DNA of 61,834 nt from Candidatus Limiplasma sp. GTDB taxonomy: Bacteria > Bacillota > Clostridia > Christensenellales > Aristaeellaceae. The translations under genes and the position numbers were made by a program. Where the stretch lies: NCBI GenBank assembly GCA_036759125.1, contig DAIOVG010000001.1:1-61834 (forward strand), read 5' to 3'. Shown here in pieces: positions 52,888-61,834 of this stretch (the first letter of the stretch is position 1; each line of letters begins with the position of its first letter). The notes beneath the pieces are model-generated. The model was not told the DNA's origin, made no database searches, and saw only the letters and a list, made by a program, of their open reading frames with translations.

Positions 52888-54258
52888 TCAGTCCATATCG
52901 TTCAGGCGGCTGACAATCTCCTTGAATACCGCGCCGCGGTGCTCATAATCGCGGAACATATCAAAACTCGCGCAAGCGGGGGAGAACAGCACAGCGCCGC
53001 CGGGCACAGCGAGTTCGCCCGCTTTTTCAACGGCTTCATGAAGGCTCTGGGCATGGGTGAACGCTTGAAAGCCGTTTTGAACAAGCGATGTTTCAATCTG
53101 CTCTGCCGTTTCCCCGATCAGCACCGCGTGCTCAATTTCGCTTGTTTGGGCGACGGCGGCAGTCAGCTCACAGAAATCGGTATGCTTATCATAGCCACCG
53201 AGGATGATCACTGTAGGCGTCGTCATGCTTTGGATGGCTTTCAGCGTGCTGGCTACGTTGGTGCCTTTGGAATCGTTGATGTATGTGACGCCGTTTACCG
53301 TGCGTACGGTTTCGATGCGATGCTCCACCCCCGCAAAGGTCATGAGCGTGTGCCGGATGACCTCCGGGGCAATGCCGTGCGCCAGGGCGATGGCAGTGGC
53401 AGCCATCGCGTTTTCCAAATTGTGCGGGCCGGGAATGCGGATTTCGCTGGCTTTGCAGACTGGCGTCACGTTGCCGCCTAAAACAGAGATCACCGTTTCG
53501 CCCTGCAGGTAAACGCCAGAATCCACGGTGGAAAGTCTGGAAAACCAGGCTACCTTTGAAGGTATGTTTTCTGCCATCCGCCGTACAACAACATCGTCGA
53601 AGTTCAGCACAGCCAGATCGTTATGGGACTGATTTTCAAATACGCGCTGCTTGAGCGCGATATATGCGTTCATGGTGTGGTGGCGGTTCAGATGATCCTC
53701 GGTGATGTTCAAAATCGCTGCGGTTTGCGGGTGAAAGCTTTGGATGGATTCCAACTGAAAGCTCGATACTTCCGTAATTACAGAATCGCCTTCGCGGCTG
53801 TCCATGGCGATGGCGCTGAGCGGATACCCGATGTTTCCGCCAACGTGCACCGTGTGTCCGGCATTGCGGAATAACTCTCCCAGCAGCGTGACGGTGGTCG
53901 TCTTTCCGTTGGTGCCCGTTACGGCGATCACGGTGCCCTTGAGAAGGGAAAAGGCGAGTTCCATCTCCCCGATCAGCGGAACGCCGAGCTCGTTTGCCTT
54001 TTTGACGACAGGAGCGTCAATCGGCACGCCCGGGCTGATCACCACGAGCCCACAGCCGGGCAGGAGATCCAGCGGGTTTTCGCCTAAATGCGGCTCGCAG
54101 GCAGTATGCAAAAACGCATCCAGGTCGTGACCGAATGCATCCAACGGCTTTGTGTCATTTAACAGGGGAACCGCGCCTTCCCGCAAGAGGAGCGCTGCGG
54201 CGGCGATGCCGCTGCGTGCCATGCCAATGACCAGTACGCGTGTGTTTTTGAAAATCAC
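52888..54258 (-). CDS. murD: UDP-N-acetylmuramoylalanine--D-glutamate ligase
   Basis: 456 aa with VIGMARSG, the VTGTNGKTTT P-loop and the NITEDHLNRH motif. Confidence 0.93.
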   Translation of the reverse strand: MIFKNTRVLVIGMARSGIAAAALLLREGAVPLLNDTKPLDAFGHDLDAFLHTACEPHLGENPLDLLPGCGLVVISPGVPIDAPVVKKANELGVPLIGEMELAFSLLKGTVIAVTGTNGKTTTVTLLGELFRNAGHTVHVGGNIGYPLSAIAMDSREGDSVITEVSSFQLESIQSFHPQTAAILNITEDHLNRHHTMNAYIALKQRVFENQSHNDLAVLNFDDVVVRRMAENIPSKVAWFSRLSTVDSGVYLQGETVISVLGGNVTPVCKASEIRIPGPHNLENAMAATAIALAHGIAPEVIRHTLMTFAGVEHRIETVRTVNGVTYINDSKGTNVASTLKAIQSMTTPTVIILGGYDKHTDFCELTAAVAQTSEIEHAVLIGETAEQIETSLVQNGFQAFTHAQSLHEAVEKAGELAVPGGAVLFSPACASFDMFRDYEHRGAVFKEIVSRLNDMD

Positions 54259-54274
54259 TTTTGATGCCTCCCGA

Positions 54275-55276
54275 TCATAGCCAGGGGAGGGATAACACGG
54301 CCAAAACGGCTAGAATGGATTCAATCGCCGAATACATGGCGACGATCTGCGGTTCGGTCATTCCCTTTTTCTCAAAATGATAGTGGATGGGCGAAACCAG
54401 AAAAATACGCCTGCCGTGTGTGAGCTTAAAGTAGATGCGTTGCATGATGACCGATATGGAGCTCATGATCATCGTAAACGCGATCAGCACTAGCAGCAGG
54501 GGCTGCCGCAGAAGCAGTGCAAGGCCCGCCATGGCCGCCCCCAGAAACATGCTGCCGGTATCGCCCATGAACACCTTGGCGGGATGATAATTGTACCGCA
54601 GGAATGCAAACAGAGAACCTGCCAGCGCCAGGCAGAAGAACAGCAAGCCGTGTAGATCATTCATCCGGGCGGATGCCGAGGTCATCAGCATAAACATGGT
54701 GATGGCTGCCCAGGCAATAGATGTTATCGCGGACGTACTGGTTAGAAGCCCGTCCATGCCGTCCAGCAGGTTTGCGCTGTTGATGACAAACATCACCACA
54801 AGCGTCATCACCGGAAGATACCAAACACCAAGATCCCAGGATAGGTTCGTGTAAGGAATCATGATGGTACTGCCGATATTGGGAGACAGATAGCAATACA
54901 GCGTGAATAAAAAGCCAATCGCGATTTGCCCGATTACCTTTTGCCACCAAAGCAGTCCACGATTGTGCTGACGTTTGATTTTTGTGAAGTCATCGGCAAA
55001 GCCAATCGCCATGGCCAGAAGGGAAAAGATAATGAGGATCAGCGTATCCGTTGAAAACCCGCGAATGGCTGAAAACAGCACAGTGAGAACCGAGGTCACG
55101 GCGGCAAACATCAGCCCGCCCATTGTGGGCGTGCCCTGCTTGGCCTTCTGCGATTCCAGCGCCAGCTCATGGATAGGCTGCCCGAACTTCAGCCGTCTGA
55201 GCATCGGCAGAAAAAAGCGCGCAATCAGCAGCGTACAGAGTACGGACAAGAGGAGTATCAATACCGACAAAAACAT
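54275..55276 (-). CDS. mraY: Phospho-N-acetylmuramoyl-pentapeptide transferase
   Basis: 333 aa with about 10 TM helices, KxGTPTMGG, NLLDGMDGL and the FMGDTGS motifs. Confidence 0.95.
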   Translation of the reverse strand: MFLSVLILLLSVLCTLLIARFFLPMLRRLKFGQPIHELALESQKAKQGTPTMGGLMFAAVTSVLTVLFSAIRGFSTDTLILIIFSLLAMAIGFADDFTKIKRQHNRGLLWWQKVIGQIAIGFLFTLYCYLSPNIGSTIMIPYTNLSWDLGVWYLPVMTLVVMFVINSANLLDGMDGLLTSTSAITSIAWAAITMFMLMTSASARMNDLHGLLFFCLALAGSLFAFLRYNYHPAKVFMGDTGSMFLGAAMAGLALLLRQPLLLVLIAFTMIMSSISVIMQRIYFKLTHGRRIFLVSPIHYHFEKKGMTEPQIVAMYSAIESILAVLAVLSLPWL

Positions 55277-55298
55277 GGTAACACCTCAGCAAATGATT

Positions 55299-56765
55299 TC
55301 AGCGCTTGTTTTGCTTTTCCTCAAGCAGCTCGCTGACGACTGCTTTTTCATCAAACGGGCGTTTGACGCCCATGATTTCCTGATAGGTTTCATGGCCTTT
55401 TCCGGCCAGGATGATAATATCGCCTTCCTCAGCCATATCCAGCGCGTAACGGATGGCTTCACGGCGGTTCTCAATCACCGTATACTTGCCCGCAGTCTGT
55501 TTCATGCCTTCCTCGATGGCCTCCAGGATATGCGCCGGGTCTTCGGTTCTGGGGTTGTCGCTCGTCAAAATGCAGAAATCCGCTAGCTGACCGCCGATTT
55601 CACCCATGATGGGGCGTTTCCCCTGGTCGCGGTCGCCGCCACAGCCGAACAAAACAATCAATCGGTTCTGTGTAAACGTACGCACGGTGGTGAGGATGTT
55701 CTCCAGAGCGTCGGGAGAATGCGAATAATCCAGGATCACCTTAAACGGCACGGGAAGGTCTAACAGCTCGATACGGCCTGGAACAGACCTCACATTATGC
55801 AGACCGGCCTGAATGGCGGAAACCTCGACGCCGAAAATCATCGCCAGCGATGCGGCAGCCAGTGCGTTATACACGTTGAACATGCCGGTCATTTGCATGT
55901 TGACCTCAAAGGTCTCGATGTTTCTGAGCTGGATTTGAAAATGGATTCCGTTTTCGGAGATCTCAATGTCTCTGGCAAAAAGGTCGGAGTTGGCGCGTAT
56001 ACCATAGGTGAGATAGGGAACGGTCATATCTTCCAAAATGTGCAGGCTGGTTTCATCGTCAATATTCAGGGAAACGTTGAGCGCGAAGTTGCCGGTAAAG
56101 AAGCGTTTCTTTGCCGCAAAGTACTGTTCCATCGTGTGGAAGTAATCCAAATGATCCTGGGAGAGGTTGGTATAGCATGCAGCTTCGAAGAAAAGCCCGT
56201 CGATACGGTGCATGTCAATCGCGTGGGCGCTGACCTCCATACACACAATTTCCACGCCCTCGTCCAGCATCATGCGGAAGGTGCGGTGCAGGTCGATGGA
56301 ATCCGGTGTGGTGAGCGTGCTTTTGATGTACTGATCGCCGATCATGTTGCCCGTCGTGCCGATGAGGCCGACCTTGAATCCGGCGGCTTCCATGATGGAC
56401 TTGACCAGATAGGTGGTTGTCGTCTTTCCCTTGGTGCCCGATACGCCAATCAGCCGGAGCGTACGCGCCGGATGCCCGAAAAATGCCGACGAAATATGGG
56501 CCATGGCCGACCGGACGTTGGATACCTTAATCTGGGGAACGTTCAACGCATCGATGAAGTGGCTGACAACGAGCGCCACACAGCCGTTTTGCACGGCCTG
56601 CGGCGCAAAATCGTGTGCGTCCACTTTGGAGCCGCTGATGCAGAAGAAAAGCCCGCTTGGGCTCACATCACGGCTGTTCATGGTTAAATCTTCAATTGGG
56701 GTGTTCAGGTTCCCTCTGGTTTCGATGGGGCCGGATACGCTTAATACAAGGTCTTTAAGAAGCAT
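55299..56765 (-). CDS. murE: UDP-N-acetylmuramoyl-L-alanyl-D-glutamate--2,6-diaminopimelate ligase
   Basis: 488 aa from MLLKDLV with GVSGTKGKTTT, NLSQDHLDYH and the DNPR-like TSDNPRTEDP motif, which indicates meso-DAP type. Confidence 0.92.
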   Translation of the reverse strand: MLLKDLVLSVSGPIETRGNLNTPIEDLTMNSRDVSPSGLFFCISGSKVDAHDFAPQAVQNGCVALVVSHFIDALNVPQIKVSNVRSAMAHISSAFFGHPARTLRLIGVSGTKGKTTTTYLVKSIMEAAGFKVGLIGTTGNMIGDQYIKSTLTTPDSIDLHRTFRMMLDEGVEIVCMEVSAHAIDMHRIDGLFFEAACYTNLSQDHLDYFHTMEQYFAAKKRFFTGNFALNVSLNIDDETSLHILEDMTVPYLTYGIRANSDLFARDIEISENGIHFQIQLRNIETFEVNMQMTGMFNVYNALAAASLAMIFGVEVSAIQAGLHNVRSVPGRIELLDLPVPFKVILDYSHSPDALENILTTVRTFTQNRLIVLFGCGGDRDQGKRPIMGEIGGQLADFCILTSDNPRTEDPAHILEAIEEGMKQTAGKYTVIENRREAIRYALDMAEEGDIIILAGKGHETYQEIMGVKRPFDEKAVVSELLEEKQNKR

Positions 56766-56889
56766 GTCTATAATCCTCCAAACCGAAAAACAAAAGGTTC
56801 GGTATTGCTTTTCCATTGTACGGCAAACCGATAGGTTTGGCAATGATTTTACTCGTCATTAACAGATTTGACATGATTTAAGCAGTCCG

Positions 56890-57462
56890 TCAATCGTTCC
56901 CGGCGCGGATCACAATCGGATCCTGGCCGGGGCGTGTGGACATTGCGGTTAACAGTATGGCCTGGGCGGAATCGGCCGGGATCATTCCCAGTTCTCTGGC
57001 TGCGGTATAGCAGACTGCCACGGGATCGGTAGCCTCGTCGATTTGCGCCTGAATTCCGGCAATATCCTCACGGGTTGCCTGAACGTTTACGTTCATCTGG
57101 CGCAGCGATTCCTCACGGGCGATGATGTCGCCTTGCTGCACGAGGAGAACTATCGAGAACAGCACAACGACGGCCAGGATCAGCAGGATGGCTGAACGCA
57201 GCGGCATACGCCTGCCCTTTTCATTTGCGCGTGCCTTGAGTATGGACTGGAGCCTCTGGTATTCCGTATCCAGATGCCTGACTTCGCTGCGCAGGGCTTG
57301 TGTGCGCCCGGTGCGGCGCGGGGTTTCCCGTACCATGCCGGTATCCGAATCGATTTCGCTGTTGGGCAGATACACGTTGGGCCGAACGTAAAGGCGTCCC
57401 GTTTGCTGGGTTCCAGTAAAAAACTTGTTTCTGACCGGTGGGTTCAATACAAACTGTGACAT
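56890..57462 (-). CDS. ftsL: FtsL-like bitopic cell-division protein
   Basis: 190 aa with a basic cytoplasmic N-terminus, a single TM (AILLILAVVVLFSIVLLV) and then a coiled-coil-like segment. It lies directly after mraZ; the call rests on position and topology. Confidence 0.55.
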   Translation of the reverse strand: MSQFVLNPPVRNKFFTGTQQTGRLYVRPNVYLPNSEIDSDTGMVRETPRRTGRTQALRSEVRHLDTEYQRLQSILKARANEKGRRMPLRSAILLILAVVVLFSIVLLVQQGDIIAREESLRQMNVNVQATREDIAGIQAQIDEATDPVAVCYTAARELGMIPADSAQAILLTAMSTRPGQDPIVIRAGND

Positions 57463-57482
57463 ACCATTGGCTCCTTTCCGGT

Positions 57483-57974
57483 TTACGGCTCGTTGCTGCC
57501 CATCTGTTCGAGGATTGTTGAGAGGTTATCGTTGAAGGTCTGCTCGATTTCTGCCGCCTTGGCAGCGTCCATAATGCGGATAAAGTTGTTGCTGCCGCTG
57601 ATTTCCACTTCTTTGGCGTCTTCCAAAAAGCGCTGACGGATTTTTTGGGGAAGCAGGATGCGGCCCTGGCTGTCTTTTTGCATGTCGCGGTTGGAGAGCT
57701 TGTAAAACTGCATAGTGTATTGCTGTACATACGGCCTTCGCTGGTTCAGCGAGTTGAGCTCGTGAAGGATCTGGTCGTATACGGCGCTGGGATACAGCGC
57801 GATGCCGTCAAACGAACGAGTCGGCCCGATGCAGAAGTTCTCGCCAAGGGCTTCGCGGTAAGCGTTGGGGATGATGATGCGGCCTTTTTCGTCGATTGAA
57901 TGCGTATGACAGCCAAAAAAGCCGTATGTATCGGAAACAGAAGCGTTGGTCGTGCCGAGGGTTTGATCATCCAC
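57483..57974 (-). CDS. mraZ: Transcriptional regulator MraZ
   Basis: It has HSIDEKGRIIIP and DSQGRILLP, the duplicated SpoVT/AbrB-like MraZ motifs. I chose the GTG start at 57974 because a gaggag RBS lies 9 nt upstream. The ORF's TTG at 57998 lies inside a promoter-proximal repeat. Confidence 0.85.
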   Translation of the reverse strand: MDDQTLGTTNASVSDTYGFFGCHTHSIDEKGRIIIPNAYREALGENFCIGPTRSFDGIALYPSAVYDQILHELNSLNQRRPYVQQYTMQFYKLSNRDMQKDSQGRILLPQKIRQRFLEDAKEVEISGSNNFIRIMDAAKAAEIEQTFNDNLSTILEQMGSNEP

Positions 57975-57993
57975 GAAGAATCGCTCCTCTCCC

Positions 57994-58054
57994 CACAATC
58001 TACCACAATGTTTTTATTTATCCCCATTATCTCGCACAATCTACCACTTGTCAA
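57994..58054 (-). promoter_or_regulatory. mraZ promoter with two copies of a 13-bp GTGG-containing repeat (candidate MraZ boxes)
   Basis: On the minus strand: TTGACA (58054-58049), 17 nt, then GATAAT (58031-58026). GTGGTAGATTGTG occurs within the spacer (58047-58035) and again downstream of the predicted TSS (58006-57994). Confidence 0.65.
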
Positions 58055-58238
58055 GGGTTTCAGGCATGTTTTTCGGCCTGAAATATTAACTTTATGTTAC
58101 GCTGAAACGCAGATAATATAAGGGTTTGACGCTCCTTATACCATGTGGTGGGGAGTGGTGGGGGGATGATCACCATATGTGGCTGTTTTCATAATTTCAG
58201 CTATTTTTGGGAACAGGACGCCACTGGATGAACGCAAA

Positions 58239-58261
58239 TAAAAAACCGCCTCGCGGCGGCT
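58239..58261 (-). terminator. Rho-independent terminator after the metallophosphoesterase gene
   Basis: On the minus strand: gccgccgcgaggcgg followed by TTTTTTAT. Confidence 0.7.
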
Positions 58262-58286
58262 GCAAATTGTAGGAGCTGGGTTGTGA

Positions 58287-58979
58287 TTATGGCATAAGGA
58301 GCTTTGGTGCAAAACCAATCGCGTCGCAGGAGACCAAATGATAATCAATATGGTTCTTTACGCCCTGAAAGGCGTTTTGGATTCCGGTGTCATGCAAATG
58401 ACCAAAACAGCACATAGAGACGCCGTATTGCTCCAGAAGATCGGTAAAGGCAGTCGACAGAGTATCCTTGAGAAGCGGAGGGTAGTGCAGCATTGCGATT
58501 AGGGGACGGTTCAACGCAGATGCCTGCTGGAGGGAAAGCTCCAGGCGTATCAGCTCCCGGCTGAAAATCTTCTCATCCTGCTCATCCAGCGGATTGAGTT
58601 CGGTTGGAAAGACCCAGCCTCTCGTGCCGCAGATGACCGTATCCTGCCAGCGAAACGCATCGTTTTGCAGGGCGTGCATGCCTTGCGGGAGCCACTCCCG
58701 GATCCGGCCGATGGAAGACCACCAGTAATCATGGTTTCCGCGCAGCAGCAGCTTTTCGCCCGGAAGATCCGCGATTGTTAAAAGATCGGGCTTGGCCTGT
58801 TCGAAATGCATCGCCCAGCTGATGTCGCCGGGTATCAAAACCAAATCATCAGGCTGAACAAGCTGCCGCCAATGCGCGGCGATTTGCGCTGCATGATCGT
58901 TCCACAGGCTCCCGAATACGTTCATCGGCTTATCCTGTCCGCCGGGGAGATGCAGATCGCCTATTGCATAGATCGCCAT
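58287..58979 (-). CDS. Metallophosphoesterase (calcineurin-like)
   Basis: 230 aa with the IGDLHL, GDISW, GNHDYWW and GHLH motifs. Confidence 0.85.
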   Translation of the reverse strand: MAIYAIGDLHLPGGQDKPMNVFGSLWNDHAAQIAAHWRQLVQPDDLVLIPGDISWAMHFEQAKPDLLTIADLPGEKLLLRGNHDYWWSSIGRIREWLPQGMHALQNDAFRWQDTVICGTRGWVFPTELNPLDEQDEKIFSRELIRLELSLQQASALNRPLIAMLHYPPLLKDTLSTAFTDLLEQYGVSMCCFGHLHDTGIQNAFQGVKNHIDYHLVSCDAIGFAPKLLMP

Positions 58980-59009
58980 GTCAAGCCTTTCCCGCTGCGC
59001 TGTCAGGCG

Positions 59010-59402
59010 TCAATCGTAATCCTCGTCGTCGTCATCGTCATCGTCGTCTTCTTCCTCGATGATCGTTTCCAATGATAATTCTGCGTCCTCATCATCAAAA
59101 TCGGCGTCGTCCATGTCTTCTTTGACATTGGGAATGATCTCATCCATCGTGCTTGCGCTGGACAGCTCAATCTCCTCATCCACGGATGCGCCGTGCTTGC
59201 GATCCACAATCTGATGACTGTTAAGTTCCTTGTAACAACCCAAGCAAACGTCCTTGCCGGGGAGAGCCGGGGCGGCATTGCAGATAGAACAGGGCTCAAT
59301 TTCGTCTTGTTTTTGTCCGCCCTTGATTTCGCGGATGCAAACCTTGCACAGTTTTTCGTCGTCGGCAATGTAATTGAGTTCACAACGAGGACATCTAATC
59401 AT
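59010..59402 (-). CDS. Small double zinc-ribbon protein with a poly-acidic C-terminal tail
   Basis: 130 aa with CPRC..CKVC and CSIC..CLGC pairs. The last ~50 aa are dominated by D/E and end in DDDDDDDDEDYD. Confidence 0.6.
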   Translation of the reverse strand: MIRCPRCELNYIADDEKLCKVCIREIKGGQKQDEIEPCSICNAAPALPGKDVCLGCYKELNSHQIVDRKHGASVDEEIELSSASTMDEIIPNVKEDMDDADFDDEDAELSLETIIEEEDDDDDDDDEDYD

Positions 59403-59444
59403 CGTATCCTCAACCTCCTCTGTGGAAGCATAATATTTGGGATT

Positions 59445-60953
59445 TCACCGAATTCTTTGCTGATTGTAAATCTCCTGCCAGAAAGAAAGAAATTCTTGCA
59501 GACCCCGTTGGGTTAATCCGGATGAAAAAGCAGATAAGTCCTCGTCGGAATCAATATCCAGCTCGCCCAAAACAAATTTGGCGATGCTTTCATCCACATA
59601 CGTACCCAGGGCAAACTGCAATGAATCCAGGGTTTCGTACTGCTCTTTGGTCAGTACATAGTAATAGGGGAAGGGGCTGACAACATATTGCTGGAGCGCG
59701 AGCAGTGACTCGGTTGCTTTGCGGAGGCTTTCGGTGTCGTACGCCGCATAAAAGTCAATAGGGAAAAGCCAGGGCATGCTGCCGGTGTCGTAAACGCTTA
59801 AATCATACAAAACGAACGATGAGTTGGTTTGCAGATCTACGGAATACCTCCAGGTACCGTCCTCGTTCCATTCGTAATTCTCGCCTTCCAGGCCTGCCAT
59901 CGCTTCAATCGCGCCATCCTGTGTGTAGAGAACATCGACCCAGCGCAGCACTGCAGCGGGATCTTCACAGGCAGATGTGATGGCGAAGCTACCGGTGGTG
60001 ACGGGGCCGAACAGGTCGCGGTATACCTGTGTACCATGATACGCAAGCGGTTCCAAAAGCGTAAACTGTTCTCCGAGCTTCACGGTGAACAGCGAATAAG
60101 GATTGGGGCCGAAGAACATACCATAGGTCACCGTTTTGGAGTCGTCTGATACGGCGCGCAGTGCATCGGCGTTGGTAAACCCGTCGGGATCCAGGAGCTC
60201 CTGTTCTTTTAGAGAAACGAGCGCCTTGATGAAGCCGGTAAAGTTCTCGTGCTCCGAAAGGAAGCGAACCTGTCCGGATTCGTCGACATAGATGTTGTAG
60301 TCGTTGACAACAATCCCAAAGGCATGTGAAAGAAATTTCAAATCCCACGGTCCTAAAAAGGAGAGCGGAATTTCGTCCTGCTTGCCGTTTTTGTTGGGGT
60401 CTTTTGTCTGAAAAGCCTGCAGGACCTCCACAAGCGAAGCCCAGTCCGTTGGCGCGTCTAGGTTGAGGGCATCCAGCCAGGTCTGGTTGATCCACATGGC
60501 ATTTTGCATGGACAGAGGATTGATGGACGGCAACGCGGCTACCTTTCCGCTGGGCAATGTAATCGCCGCCAGCCAATCCGGATGCGCTTCAAACAGCGAC
60601 CAGAGATGCGGCGCGTTTTCCTGGAGCAGGGGAAGCAGGTCGATCAGCTTGCCCGCGTCGGAATACGCGATCTGCTCGTCAATGCTGAGTGCGGCTTTGA
60701 ACAATACATCCGGAAGTTCGCCCGTGGAGAACATGGTGTTCTTGGCGGTTTGCCATTGGTCCCGGCTGGTATATTCATCAAATGTAAACGTAAGGCCTGT
60801 GCGGGCCTCCATCCGCGTAAAAAATTCATTCTCCGACCAATTATGGTTGCTGCTTTCACCGTCAAAACCGGCCATGGTCAGCGCTGTGGCTGAAATAACC
60901 GGCAGTACGCACAACACCATTGCGATCAGCATTCCGAGTGCTCTATTTCGCAT
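59445..60953 (-). CDS. Extracellular solute-binding protein (family 1 carbohydrate ABC transporter SBP-like)
   Basis: 502 aa with an N-terminal signal peptide. Size and composition are typical of large sugar SBPs (WINQTWLDALNL..., DPNKNGKQDEIP). No cognate permease genes are in the window. Confidence 0.7.
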   Translation of the reverse strand: MRNRALGMLIAMVLCVLPVISATALTMAGFDGESSNHNWSENEFFTRMEARTGLTFTFDEYTSRDQWQTAKNTMFSTGELPDVLFKAALSIDEQIAYSDAGKLIDLLPLLQENAPHLWSLFEAHPDWLAAITLPSGKVAALPSINPLSMQNAMWINQTWLDALNLDAPTDWASLVEVLQAFQTKDPNKNGKQDEIPLSFLGPWDLKFLSHAFGIVVNDYNIYVDESGQVRFLSEHENFTGFIKALVSLKEQELLDPDGFTNADALRAVSDDSKTVTYGMFFGPNPYSLFTVKLGEQFTLLEPLAYHGTQVYRDLFGPVTTGSFAITSACEDPAAVLRWVDVLYTQDGAIEAMAGLEGENYEWNEDGTWRYSVDLQTNSSFVLYDLSVYDTGSMPWLFPIDFYAAYDTESLRKATESLLALQQYVVSPFPYYYVLTKEQYETLDSLQFALGTYVDESIAKFVLGELDIDSDEDLSAFSSGLTQRGLQEFLSFWQEIYNQQRIR

Positions 60954-61834
60954 GCTCCGGACCTCCTTGTTTATATTTCTCGTGTTCGTTTATTTGTTCA
61001 TTCAGCTGATTGATGTTGCCACAGCCCATCGTCAGCACCAGGTCACCCGGCTGCCAATGGGAGCGCAAGTATGACTCGGTATCAGTGAAGGTTGGGGTAT
61101 GCACAGCGTGAACACCGTGGCTGCGCATTCCGTTGATAATATCAGAAGCGAAAATGTCGCCCGGATCTTTTTCGCGCGCGGCGTATATATCGGTTACCAG
61201 CGTAATATCGGCCTCCTGTGTGCAGGTGAAGTAGTGCGGAAGCATTTTCTTCACGCGGCTGAAGGTGTGCGGCTGCATGACGGCCCAGAGCCTGTTATGC
61301 GGCTGAAGCTTGGCGATGGAGATCGCATTTTGCATCTCTGTTGGGTTGTGACCGTAATCGTGATACAGCTTCACCCCGTCGATAATACCGGTCAGCTCAA
61401 AGCGCCGCTTGGCGCCATGGAACGCTCCAATCGCATCGCAGGCAATGCTGATGTCCAGCCCGAGCGATACGGCGCAGGCCAGGGCAGCCAGCGCGTTGTA
61501 TACATTGAACACTCCCGCAACCTGTAACGAGACATGACCTAAGGTTTCGCCGCAGGTGACAAGCGAAAACGACCCGCAGCCGAACTCGTTATACCGCAGA
61601 TCGGCCGGATACACGTCACTGCGCGCGTCCATGCCAAAGGTAAGCGTGTTGGACGGTAGGGACCGAAGCAGGGTGATAACGCGTGCGTCGTCGCCGTTGC
61701 CAATTACGGTACCGCCTTGCGGCACCAATGATAGAAAATCACCGAACGCCGACTGAATATGGTCAATATCGCGGAAGAAATCCAGATGATCCTCGTCAAT
61801 ATTGGTAATCACGGCAACGTCCGGCTTCAAATGC
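60943..61834 (-). CDS. murC: UDP-N-acetylmuramate--L-alanine ligase, C-terminal part (continues beyond the window end)
   Basis: Motifs: ITNIDEDHLDFF, NVYNALAA, GAKRRFE and DYGHNPTE (MurC middle and C-terminal motifs). Confidence 0.9.
   Translation of the reverse strand, partial: HLKPDVAVITNIDEDHLDFFRDIDHIQSAFGDFLSLVPQGGTVIGNGDDARVITLLRSLPSNTLTFGMDARSDVYPADLRYNEFGCGSFSLVTCGETLGHVSLQVAGVFNVYNALAALACAVSLGLDISIACDAIGAFHGAKRRFELTGIIDGVKLYHDYGHNPTEMQNAISIAKLQPHNRLWAVMQPHTFSRVKKMLPHYFTCTQEADITLVTDIYAAREKDPGDIFASDIINGMRSHGVHAVHTPTFTDTESYLRSHWQPGDLVLTMGCGNINQLNEQINEHEKYKQGGPEHAK

Noticed and set aside
59445-60953. Orphan sugar-type solute-binding protein overlapping murC by 11 nt as part of a transporter or sensing system
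   Set aside because: No permease, ATPase or sensor partner is present in the window, so nothing further can be concluded.

Overview
This is a 61.8-kb chromosomal window from a moderately high-GC Firmicute. It looks like a Clostridia-type spore-former because it carries spoVK, a SipW-type signal peptidase and a Gram-positive gene order, but taxonomy is inference only. Most of the window is densely packed housekeeping DNA. It includes ruvBAC, murF-like/ddl, the classic dxs-tlyA-nadK-argR-recN block, and era/ybeY-cdd/pgpH/phoH. It also includes spoVK, comEB, mtaD, a GH65 phosphorylase, aroK, a two-component system, mutS2 and ppiB. Further on come an SPFH protein, a GGGtGRT/NifU-like pair, an L,D-transpeptidase, a stripped-down dcw cluster (mraZ-ftsL-murE-mraY-murD-ftsQ) and murC. 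One tRNA-Val(GAC) at 25.5 kb marks the start of about 10.7 kb of accessory DNA (25.6-36.2 kb). The most interesting part of that DNA is a two-operon locus at 28.4-36.2 kb. Its first operon encodes a bona fide SipW-type (ER/archaeal-type) signal peptidase, an ABC-type ATPase homologue in which every catalytic motif is degenerate, and an ABC-2-like permease fused to a SipW-like domain whose Ser/His dyad is replaced. After an AT-rich control region, the second operon encodes four paralogous ~180-aa TasA/camelysin-like proteins with SipW-type signal peptides and a 665-aa protein. That protein is built from (PT)n linkers, two copies of an unrecognised ~170-aa domain and a long PT-rich tail. I interpret the locus as a candidate undescribed TasA-like extracellular fibre or matrix assembly system. 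Other observations include a YbeY-cytidine deaminase fusion, a membrane-anchored MurF-like ligase and MraZ-box repeats around the mraZ promoter. There is also a visibly low-GC single-gene beta-glucuronidase insertion and several conserved-unknown gene pairs. I saw no CRISPR array, rRNA, transposase or integrase.
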